Below are positions 1-30,942 of a stretch of 64,000 nt of DNA, one piece after another. Both the position numbers and the translations under genes were made by a program. Each line of letters starts with the position of its first letter. The first letter of the stretch is position 1. This stretch comes from Macrostomum lignano. Its lineage: Eukaryota. The stretch is taken from assembly GCA_002269645.1 (NCBI GenBank), contig NIVC01000293.1, positions 434,001 through 498,000 of the forward strand, in the 5' to 3' direction. The notes below the pieces were generated by a model. The model searched no databases, was not told the origin of the DNA, and saw nothing but the letters and a program-made list of their open reading frames with translations.

Positions 1-429
1 CCAGAGCATTTTGGGGGGCAGGGAGCAGGTGTGCGGGGAAGAGCAGAGAGGCAAGCTCGGCTGAGGATGGAAATGACTGGGGGAGGATTAGCCATGAAGA
101 CAGGGGAACACACTGTAGCAATTCAAAGGAGCTGACGGCTTCTGGTTTCGTGTTTCTGGCTCTCCTACCTCCCGAGAATTTTCTGCTTTCACCGTCCATG
201 GCTTTGCGCTGCCGTTCTCCGCTACCAAATCTAATCCTAGCGTAGGGTTCACTCGGAGAGAGCTGGGATATTCTATAGTAGAGAGCAAAGGTAAAACTAT
301 GGGAAATAGGCATTTATTGTAGTGTTCGAGTTAATTTGGAAAATATTATTGACGTAAACTCTATTGTAAATACACAAGCTTAAAAAATTAAATTAGATAT
401 AGTAAATTAGATCAGATTAGATAGATAGA

Positions 430-1120
430 GTTTCTATAGTTTCCTAGAAACAGTGTGTAGGTTGGGGTAGGTTCAAAGAGTAGTGAGTTTCTTAGAAATA
501 ATTTGTAGATTTGGGTAGGTTCAAAGAGTAGTGAGTTTCTTATAAATAATTTGTAGGTTGGGGTAGGTTCAAAGAGTAGTGAGTTTCTTAGAAATAATTT
601 GTAGGTTGGGGTAGGTTCAAAGAGTAGTGAGTTTCTTAGAAATAATTTGTAGGTTGGGGTAGGTTCAAAGAGTAGTGAGTTTCTTAGAAATAATTTGTAG
701 GTTGGGGTAGGTTCAAAGAGTAGTAAGTTTCTTAGAAATAATTTGTAGGTTGGGGTAGGTTCAAAGAGTAGTGAGTTTCTTAGAAACAATTTGTAGATTG
801 GGGTAGGTTCAAGGAGTAGAGAGTTTCTTAGAAATAATTTGTAGATTGGGCTGGGTTCAATGAGTAGAGAGTTTCTTAGAAACAGTGTGTAGGTTGGGCT
901 GGGTTCAAGGAGTAGAGAGTTTCTTAGAAACAGTGTGTAGGTTGGGCTGGGTTCAATGAGTAGAGAGTTTCTTAGAAATAATTTGTAGATTGGGGTAGGT
1001 TCAATGAGTGGAGAGTTTCTTAGAAACAGTGTGTAGGGTGGGGTAGGTTCAATGAGTGGAGAGTTTCTTAGAAACAGTGTGTAGGGTGGGGTAGGTTCAA
1101 GGAGTAGAGAATTTCTTTGA
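430..1120. repeat. 48-bp minisatellite (GTTGGGGTAGGTTCAAAGAGTAGTGAGTTTCTTAGAAATAATTTGTAG)n, ~14 copies
   Basis: Direct reading of the periodicity. It explains the 16-aa repeat ORF 412..1140. Confidence 0.95.
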
Positions 1121-1389
1121 AAAATAAATATAATGCTCAAGCATTAAGACTGGAGACACTGAAATTGTCTTGACATTGACAGCAGCACTTGATGCTGTAA
1201 CACAGGCGTGCTATAAATATAGGGGTGCAGACTTATGGCACCTCAGTGGATTGATGACATCTGAGTGCCAGAAATAGATGTGCAATTGTTTTGTGATTGG
1301 TTTGGCATGATAAAACTTGATTAGACTAGATTGTAAAGCAATGAGACTAGACTCACATAGACATGTCTCTAGTGAGACTAAATTCATAT

Positions 1390-2490
1390 AGACACAGAGA
1401 TACTTTAGATCCATATTGACACAGTGAGACTAGATCCAATATTGACACAGTGAGACTAGATCCATATTGACACAGTGAGACTAGATCCAATATTGACACA
1501 GTGAGACTAGATCCAATATTGACACAGTGAGACTAGATCCAATGTTGACACAGTGAGACTAGATCCAATATTGACACAGTGAGACTAGATCCAATATTGA
1601 CACAGTGAGACTAGATCCAATATTGACACAGTGAGACTAGATCCAATATTGACACAGTGAGACTAGATCCAATATTGACACAGTGAAATTAGATCCAATA
1701 TAGATCACAGTAAGACTGGATCCATAAAGACACAGTGAGATTAGACCCATATAGACACAGTGAGACTAGATCCAATAAAAACATAGTGAGATTAGATCCT
1801 TATAGACACGGTGAGGCTGGATCAAATATAGACACAGTGAGATTTGATCCAATATAGACACAGTGAAACTAGATCAAATATAGACACAATGAGACTAGAT
1901 CCAATATAGACACAATGAGACTAGATCCAATATAGACACAATGAGACTAGATACTAATAGACACAGTGAGATTAGATCCTTATAGACACGGTGAGACTAG
2001 ATCCAATATAGATAACAGTGGGACAAGATCCAATATAGATAACAGTGAGACTAGATCCATGTAGACACAGTGAAATTAGATCCAATATAGATCACAGTGA
2101 GACTGGATCCATAAAGACACAGTGAGATTAGATCCAATATAGATCACAGTGAGACTAGATCCAATAAAAACATAGTGAGATTAGATCCTTATAGACACGG
2201 TGAGGCTGGATCAAATATAGACACAGTGAGATTTGATCCAATATAGACACAGTGAAACTAGATCAAATATAGACACAATGAGACTAGATACTAATAGACA
2301 CAGTGAGATTAGATCCTTATAGACACGGTGAGACTAGATCCAATATAGATAACAGTGAGACAAGATCCAATATAGACACGGTGAGATTAGACCCAATATA
2401 GACACGGTGAGACTAGATCTATATAGACAGTGAGACTAGATCCAATATACACACAGTGAGACTAGATCCGCAGTGAGACTAGATCTATAC
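1390..2490. repeat. ~26-bp minisatellite (GACACAGTGAGACTAGATCCAATATT)n, ~40 copies
   Basis: Direct reading. The array begins ~15 nt into the intron that follows the THAP exon. Confidence 0.95.
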
Positions 2491-2505
2491 AGAAAGCCGC
2501 CTCAC

Positions 2506-2664
2506 CTGGCTAACAATGGTGTCTTCAGTTCGGCCGATGGCCTCCAGCCACCGCTCCCGCAGTACGGCGGGTTTCTTTGGCACCCGATAAAAATGTCTAT
2601 TGTCGTCCGAACCTCGGTATCTCGAACGGAATTTGCAATTCGGAAATCCGCAAGTTGTCGGCAT
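2506..2664 (-). CDS. First coding exon (53 codons) of a THAP zinc-finger gene, THAP-CtBP (C. elegans CTBP-1)-like; remaining exons not found in the window
   Basis: ATG at 2664 gives MPTTCGFPNCKFRSRYRGSDDNRHFYRVPKKPAVLRERWLEAIGRTEDTIVSQ, with the THAP CxxxxC, P and W signature. It ends at a canonical CAG|GTGAG donor (2506/2505), before the final C..H ligands. Confidence 0.85.
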
Positions 2665-3049
2665 GTTGGGGGGAGGGAGGGGGCTGTTTGAAGATGCTGG
2701 ATATTGATGAGGAGGAGATAGGATAGATCTCGCTCGGGCTCCCAAATCTGTGCTTTTAGGCACCAAGGATGTAAAGGAAGGTTTGAGCATGATTGGCTAG
2801 GGAGACAAGGCACCTGTTGCAGTGTCCCCAGGAGCGGTGGCGAAGGCGGGTGCATCCAATCTGCGGTCTCACAACCGAAGCCAAAAACCCTGCCATGCGT
2901 GTATCTTGCCTGTTCAGAAAGCGATCAACTGACCTGGTCTCCTGCCCCGCCCAAAAATCTCTTAGATGTATATTTATGGTCTTGTCCAATGGGGGCCCGG
3001 CATTACCTGGCCGTGTTCAAGATATTAACCGTTCGAAGAGATGTTTATA

Positions 3050-3502
3050 GCGCCCCTAGGATAGCAATGGCGCCCCTAGGATAGCGATGGCGCCCCTAGG
3101 ATAGCAATGGCGCCCCTAGGATAGCAATGGCACCCCTAGGATAGCAATGGCGCCCCTAGGATAGCAATGGCACCCCTAGGATAGCAATGGCGCCCCCTAG
3201 GATAGCAATGGCACCCCCTAGGATAGCAATGGCGCCCCTAGGATAGCAATGGCACCCCCTAGGATAGCAATGGCGCCCCTAGGATAGCAATGGCACCCCT
3301 AGGATAGTAATGGCACCCCCTAGGATAGCAATGGCGCCCCTATGATCTTTATGGCGCCCCTAGGATAGCGATGGCGCCCCTAATATAGCAATGGCGCCCC
3401 TAGGATAGCGATGGCGCCCCTAATATAGCAATGGCGCCCCTAGGATAGCAATGGCACCCTAGGATAGCAATGGCGCCCCTAAGGATCTCGATGGCGCCCC
3501 TA
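3050..3502. repeat. 20-bp minisatellite (ATGGCGCCCCTAGGATAGCA)n, ~22 copies
   Basis: Direct reading. Each unit contains the palindromes GGCGCC and CCTAGG. Confidence 0.95.
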
Positions 3503-4027
3503 TATTCTTTAACTATTCTTGTTTACTGACTGTCCACGTCTGCAGTTACCACACCAAAATATTTATTAAGACCGAGTTTTGATTTTTATATGTTTAGAAA
3601 ACTCCAAGGCACTACTCAAAATCGAAATTCTAACGCAATACTTGTTTTTAGCTACAAACGATCCACAGCATCTTCCCCTAATTTCCTATTTCATTATCCT
3701 CGAACGCAGATCCCAAACGTGACCTCCCAGGGGTTGATGCAGAATTTCATATTGAAAAAAGCACACACTCCAACAGCCAGTCGTGATTTATAGTAGCATC
3801 GAGACTCGGGATAAATATGGAATATACAAACGAGATCGACTCCCAGAGGCGCCAGGTGCAGCATGGAAGATGTTTGCTAATTAAAGGATTAAAGATAAAT
3901 ACGTTATAGACGAGACAATAATTAGCATGCACTACAGATTGAGCGTAAATGGGTAATCCATCCATATAGTGTTGAGTTTATAATCAGTGCTAAGTTTATA
4001 ATTAGTACGAAAGTTATAAAAAATTTA

Positions 4028-4255
4028 GGGTTTTGGCGCCTGAGAATCCGTGGTTTTGACGCTTAAGAATCTGTGGTTTTAACGCATGAGAATCCGTGGT
4101 TTTGACGCATGAGAATTTGTGGTTTTGGCGCCTGAGAATTTGTGGTTTTGGCGCCTGAGAATCTGTGGTTTTGGCGCCTGAGAATTTGTGGTTTTGGCGC
4201 CTGAGAATCTGTGGTTTTGGCGCCTGAGAATTTGTGGTTTTGGCGCCTGAGAATT
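4028..4255. repeat. 23-bp minisatellite (GGTTTTGGCGCCTGAGAATTTGT)n, ~10 copies
   Basis: Direct reading. Confidence 0.95.
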
Positions 4256-4619
4256 AATGGCTCCAAGGTTTCCAATGTTTTACTAAATCAAAAATGAATT
4301 ATATACTTCAGAATAAGTCAACGAAAAATGATCATGCAACCCCACAGATTCTCATAAAAGTTCAGTATGAAAAAATAATTTACAGAGCCACTACCGTCTA
4401 TTTACACGAGCGAAATAGCAAGCTCGCTTTTGTGAGTTCAAGATTAGCTTCAGCTCTGGCATATTTTAGGCTCGTAAAAAGTAACGAATGGAAAAATTAT
4501 TTTCATTCGAAGTAAACGATATAATCCTGGGGGGAGATTTTCTAGGGTGGTTTATCGAGAGGCAGATAATCTAGGAGAAGATTGTCTGGGCAGATTCTCA
4601 AGGGGAAGATTCGCAAGAG

Positions 4620-5340
4620 TGATATTCTCAAGCTTGAGATTCTCAATGGGAAGTCTCAAGGGTGAGATCCTCAAGAGCGATATCCTCTAGGGGAAGAGTC
4701 CCATTGAGGTCCCATAGACATCTCGATTTTAAGGTTGTGATTCTCAATGGAAAGAGTCTTAAAGCTGAGATTCGCAAGGGTGAGATTCTCAATGGAAAGA
4801 GTCTTAAAGCTGAGATTCGCAAGGGTGAGATTCTCAATGGAAAGAGTCTTAAAGCTGAGATTCGCAAGGGTGAGATTCTCAATGGAAAGAGTCTTAAAGC
4901 TGAGATTCGCAAGGGTGAGATTCTCAATGGAAAGAGTCTTAAAGCTGAGATTCGCAAGGGTGAGATTCTCAATGGAAAGAGTCTTAAAGCTGAGATTCGC
5001 AAGGGTGAGATTCTCAGGGGTGAGATCCTCAAAGGCAAGAGTCTCCAGGTTGAGATTCTCAAAGGCAAGAGTGTCAAGGGTGAGATTCTCAAAGGCAAGA
5101 GTGTCAAGGGTGAGACTCTCAAAGGCAAGAGTGTCAAGGGTGAGATCCTCAAAGGCAAGAGTCTCCAGGTTGAGATTCTCAAAGGCAAGAGTGTCAAGGG
5201 TGAGATCCTCAAAGGCAAGAGTCTCCAGGTTGAGATTCTTAAAGGCAAGAGTGTCAAGGGTGAGATTTTCAAAGGCAAGAGTCTCCAAGTTGAGATTCTC
5301 AAAGGCAAGACTGTCAAGGGTGAGATTTTCAAGAGTGAGA
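4620..5340. repeat. 15-bp-monomer minisatellite with 45-, 30- and 60-bp higher-order units (AAGGGTGAGATTCTC-type)
   Basis: Direct reading. It explains four overlapping repeat ORFs on both strands. Confidence 0.93.
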
Positions 5341-5784
5341 CCCCGAAAAAGTTGATTTGCGAAAATCTTGAAAAAACAAAGAAGAAACACCTTTTTTTTG
5401 CTAAAAATTTTAAGCAAACGATGAACTCGCATCGCAGACAGCAGGCCACAGTAGTGAAACACACGGAGTGTTAAGTAGTAAATACTACAGTAGTTTATCA
5501 GCACATTTAGTTTTTTTATTTGCAAATACAATCACAAAAAGTAACTCACTTATTTAGTTAAGTGATAAGGCAGGTTAAAGCTGCATGACAATCGTGCAGA
5601 TTCCGGAAAATATACGACAAGACAAAATCATTAAGTGCCGTGCATACGCAAAAGTTTTTATTTAAAGAACGAAAATACTCGGCAAAGACAAATATTAGCA
5701 GCTTAAAAATGAGTAGCCTAAGCTGAACCAGAACTAAAGCTACTGCCAAAACTTTGATGCAGCTTTTCTAAGAAATCAAAGAGT

Positions 5785-6100
5785 TTCTAAGAAAATAGAT
5801 TTTTCCGCCTCAGTTTCTAAGAAAGTGGATTCTTCCATCTCAGTTTCTAAGAAAGTGGATTCTTCCATCTCAGTTTCTAAGAAAGTGGATTATTCCATCT
5901 CAGTTTCTAAGAAATTGGATTCTTCCATTTCAGTTTCTAAGAAAGTGGATTCTTCAATCTCAGTTTCTAAGAAAGTGGATTCTTCCGTCTCAGTTTCTAA
6001 GAAAATGGATTCTTCCATTTCAGTTTCTAAGAAAGTGGATTCCTACATGCCAATATTTAGGAAAACTGATTGTATTATCTCCATTTTTAATTATTTTTTC
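5785..6100. repeat. Degenerate 30-bp array (CTCAGTTTCTAAGAAAGTGGATTCTTCCAT)n, same family as the large satellite
   Basis: Unit aligns with the 10435-26150 satellite in the same orientation and lies just 3' of the snurportin stop. Confidence 0.9.
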
Positions 6101-6197
6101 GAAAGTCAAAGCAAGAAAAAAAATATTTATAAAACTGAAACACTGAATAATCACACCGGATCATATAATTCGAACAGTTCAATAGAAAAATTGAAAA

Positions 6198-26776
<20,579 letters not shown>

Positions 26777-27316
26777 GAAATTCAAGCAACGTGAGGCAAT
26801 CTCAATAGCTTCTTTGCATGATTAAACTACCAACCAAGCTGAGTTGTCAGCAATTCAACAATCAGTCTACGAAACTATTCGATAAGAACTAACAAAAGTA
26901 CGGTTCTAATATATATATATTTTAAAATCACAATAAAGTAAATATATAACGGTTTCTTTATTCCTATCCTACACAATTATAATCATAGATTACAGAAGAC
27001 AATCAAATTGAAAAAAAGCAACAATGACGAATGAAAGTCCAAACTTCCTGTCAGGAACTAGCTAGCATATATCTCAAGATTTATTTACAATTCCTGTTTG
27101 AACAACAATTTTAAAGCATTTTAATCATTACGTTGTGCCACTGCAACAAGCGATCAATAGATTTCTTCATGCCTTATTTTGATGTCAGTGTTAAATCACC
27201 GAAACTTTAATACCTTTTACCAGTTAAACCAATGCTGTTTTGCAGATGTTTCAGAACAAAATGCCGTCATCAAGTGTTTTAAAGACTACTGGATAGTTTA
27301 AAAAGCAACTATAGAC

Positions 27317-29209
27317 TTAGGCAATCTTCTCAGCTACAGCCTGTACAAACACTCGATCAGCTCGAACACCTCCCCGCCTATTAATTGTCTCCCTTAGCAC
27401 GTAGCAGCACTGCAGCACTCGCAGACCGGCACCTTGGCACAGCGATTCCAACTCTTCAACAGTGAAGAAATACGAACAGGTGCCGTCCTGACGCACGTAG
27501 CGCGACTCGGCTAGCTTGGTGCCTCGACCAAACCTCAGCTGGCAGTGGTCGTGCAAGCCGTAGTCTCTAATTAACAATCGACCACCCGAGCACAACAGTG
27601 CTGCGGCATTAGCAACTGCGGTTGGCATTTCCGCGGGTTTAATAGCCGACAGTACAAACACCATAGCGGCTAAGTGAACGCTGCTTTCATTCCAATCGTC
27701 CAGATGCCCAGCAGCCAACAAGACAAAATCAGACGAAGTTAAATCGGCGCAGAATGCTTTGAACCGATTGTCATTCTCGTCAGTTCGTTCTCGTTGCCAA
27801 CGTTGCACAGCCATGTTCACTGCCCGAGGAGAGAAATCGCAAGCCAACAATCGCAGATTGGGCAGCTCAGCTAGCAGCGGCATGGCAAAGTTGCCAACGC
27901 CGCAGCCCAGCTCAGCCAGGATCAGCGGCTGGTCGCCACTATCGTTTTGCATACCAGCCAGCTCTACAAACTCCCTCTTAGTCCAATGCCGATCGCGAAA
28001 GAATCTATCGCCATTGCGATTGTAGAATTTGTCCCAATTGCGCTGCACCTCTGAGTCAATTTTATTGGCACGAAAATCGTTCACTAGTTGCTGACTGGAC
28101 AGCAACTGTTGCTCCGTTTCTGTCAGCGGACGAGGATCGCGGGTTTTATTCTGGAAAGATGACTCGTCATCAGCTTGGTCTTTTTGATGGTCATCAGCTT
28201 CGGCCTCTGTTGGTGATGATGTCTCGCGAGTCTGGTTCTCAGAAGGCGTCTCAATCTGGACATCAGTCTGACTAGAGTCAATCTCTTTCTCTCTATGCTG
28301 GTCGGCAGCATCAGCCTCCCTTACTGATGTAGATTCGCGAGTCTGAATCTGGAAAGATTCATCGTGTTCCTCATCATCAGAATCATGACAATCATCGCTA
28401 TGCTCTCCGCCCAGCTGCTCCTCTAACTCCTTGGCCAGCTCTCCATATGACAGGCGCCTACGGTTATCACTTTCGGCGGCCAAACTAGCAAGATGACGCG
28501 ACTGCACTTCCTTAACATCATTAGCATCGCGACAAGCAGCATAGGCGTCTAACAAGTCGGCATTGAGCTGACGAAATGCTTCACCCCAGCCGAATCTTGA
28601 TAGCACAATATCGGCATCGGAGTCCAATCCCACTATGGATAACCCAGCAGCGAATGCTTCTACGCAAGACAGATTAATCGGCTTGCCATAATTGACAGGA
28701 TTAGCAGCTACCAAGTAAGGAAGCAGTCGTTCATTGTGACACTTCATACGCGACCAGGGAGTCGATTGCAACTGTGCCCAGGAGCAATCCACTACGGCTA
28801 GGCCTCCCCGACGAACGATTTCGGCATCGGCTGGAGAAATCTGCTCCGTAGCAACTGGCGTCAAAACTACGCCGCCAAAACGACTACCAAGTCGAAGTTC
28901 CGACACTAATCCCAGTCGGGTCAGACGACGTCCGGTGCACTTTTTCGGATCGCAATGACCTAGATCCCACATTGCTAAGGGTATGGAAAGCTTCGATTGA
29001 TTCAAATCTTCGTCGCTACTCTTGACATTGTCGGATGCAGCTGTTGCGCCTGCAATTCTATGCGCTAAGCCTTCATTATCACTGCCATTGTCAGTTTTGT
29101 CGTGTCGGTAAACCCGTCTGTCCCGATTCTGAGCTCGTTTCTGCTCAGAGGCTTTGCGTTTTCCAGCGGCGGTATTCTTTGATCTATTGCCGCGTTTCTT
29201 ATTGTCCAT
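27317..29209 (-). CDS. Intronless fusion protein (630 aa): N-terminal TSR3 18S rRNA aminocarboxypropyltransferase, acidic linker, C-terminal METTL6-type tRNA m3C methyltransferase
   Basis: TSR3 motifs: LAMWDLGHCDPKKCTG, DCSW, LLPYLVAANPVNYGKP..LSCVEAFAA, FGWG. METTL6 motifs: NWDKFY..FFRDRHWTKREF, ELGCGVGN, ACDFSPRAV, FVLSAI, RDYG, YVRQDGTCSYFF, RVFVQ. One uninterrupted frame. Confidence 0.93.
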   Translation of the reverse strand: MDNKKRGNRSKNTAAGKRKASEQKRAQNRDRRVYRHDKTDNGSDNEGLAHRIAGATAASDNVKSSDEDLNQSKLSIPLAMWDLGHCDPKKCTGRRLTRLGLVSELRLGSRFGGVVLTPVATEQISPADAEIVRRGGLAVVDCSWAQLQSTPWSRMKCHNERLLPYLVAANPVNYGKPINLSCVEAFAAGLSIVGLDSDADIVLSRFGWGEAFRQLNADLLDAYAACRDANDVKEVQSRHLASLAAESDNRRRLSYGELAKELEEQLGGEHSDDCHDSDDEEHDESFQIQTRESTSVREADAADQHREKEIDSSQTDVQIETPSENQTRETSSPTEAEADDHQKDQADDESSFQNKTRDPRPLTETEQQLLSSQQLVNDFRANKIDSEVQRNWDKFYNRNGDRFFRDRHWTKREFVELAGMQNDSGDQPLILAELGCGVGNFAMPLLAELPNLRLLACDFSPRAVNMAVQRWQRERTDENDNRFKAFCADLTSSDFVLLAAGHLDDWNESSVHLAAMVFVLSAIKPAEMPTAVANAAALLCSGGRLLIRDYGLHDHCQLRFGRGTKLAESRYVRQDGTCSYFFTVEELESLCQGAGLRVLQCCYVLRETINRRGGVRADRVFVQAVAEKIA

Positions 29210-30942
29210 TGTTGTTGGTTTTTTGATGCTTTGATGCAACAATCAGAAATTTCAAATACGGTCTTAGGTTTAATAAAACTAAAGAAAGTTCATCCATCCA
29301 CCTATACTAATTGTCTAAATCACTATACTAAAAATGAGTTCTTTCTCATACGTTTAATTGTTAGCAAAAACGATTCAACCGATTTTTACTTAACTTGCAC
29401 CGTTCGATCAGGAATCTTTAGGATTCACCACCTTGTGACCTGTCATGGGAATCAATAATTTTGCTTCAGGCGCCAAAATATAGCGTCTTCGGGGCCAAGA
29501 TAAGCGCCTCTCTGCGACGCAAAAATGAGTTGCCTGCCTGCGGCGCCAAAATTTGCCGCTTTCAATTGTTTTGTCTATGGCCAAGCCTATAGCCTAGCAG
29601 TGGATCAAAATACTATAGTGGAGCTAGCTGAACAACTTAATAATTGCTTTTTACGCTCATACTACTGAACAGAGAGTACTTTTGCTACTCTCTACTTTGA
29701 ACAGAGAGTGTCTACTAAAAATGGTTTGAGTCAAGCTAATTATATAGTTACCATTTGTACGAGTATGTGTATTATTCCACCACACTGACATAACCAATTA
29801 GCACTCGAAATTAAAATTGTGAAAAAAAAACTATTTGGCCTATCCTACTTACTCTTGCTTTAAAGGCAATAAACGCTAATCTCACTACTGAATAGATAAT
29901 AGATTATAGCAAATGAGTAGCATATGTAAGTGCTACTAATGAGACCTATACTAACGTTACCATATGATTTACTAAAAAAACAGAAAGATAAAATAAATAA
30001 CTCAGTTTATATTTTTGCAGATAGATTTGTGCACATTATATATTGTATATGCAAATGGCAGTTAACACGAATGCGTAACACGTTTAACATTAACTGTCAT
30101 CGATTTAAACAATTCCTGACAACAGTAGAATAACAGAGATTAAATTTTCGTTCTGGATACACTGGCTCGCCCATATCGCTGCCTGAGAAAGATTTACAAA
30201 GGAAATAGTAGGCATAATTACATAAGTACACATACTTTGTGTGTATAAGAGAAGAGAAGAGTGTAAAACCTAACGATTATTTTGCTACTAAAAGTATTCA
30301 GTAAGTATATATATGCCTATATGTATAACCGCACTCGTTTGAATTTCAAAGTCCAATTACTTGAAGCACCGCAATGAACAAAACGTTTTGTGTCGATTAG
30401 CTATTCATATTTTTGAGTCTGAAGTGAGTATACGAGTATGTACCAGCAATCTATGCCTAATTAATAGAAATGATTTAAACTCACAACAAACAATAAATAA
30501 GCCTGATATATTGCTGATATAAACAAAATGAATTAATGTGGGCAGATGAGAGCAGCTCAGACGACGCGCATCAGGCTCTGGCTCAGGAAGTATTGTATTT
30601 CCCATTGATAAAAACCCTAATGAGTCTACTTGAGTAAGTAGAAAGTTAAGAGCTAACACAACAAATCTTCTACAACTCAAGAAGTGATGCACTCGTGACT
30701 CAAGCGTCGCCCCAGTTTACAATGACTCTTTAAGCGAATCTTGTCACGATAACGTTTTACGTTCAATAACGTTTAATTTTCAACTAAATGTTAGGAGCAC
30801 AAAAATTATTTCAGCTTTTAACTACTAAAAGAAAGTAGTATAGTGTGTTAGGGCTAATTTAAATTTCAGTTGTTTTCAACGAACTTTTCGGGTGTACATG
30901 AACTAATCAGTATTGACACGCATTTCAGCAGACTGCAAGCCG

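Noticed and set aside
1-287. Minus-strand frame open to the window edge (ALYYRISQ...) as THAP exon 2
   Set aside because: It lacks the expected LRICSxHF ligands and any recognisable domain.
4643-5531. Repeat proteins such as (GEILNGKSLKAEIRK)n
   Set aside because: Open in four frames on both strands, with variation not biased to third codon positions; treated as a minisatellite.
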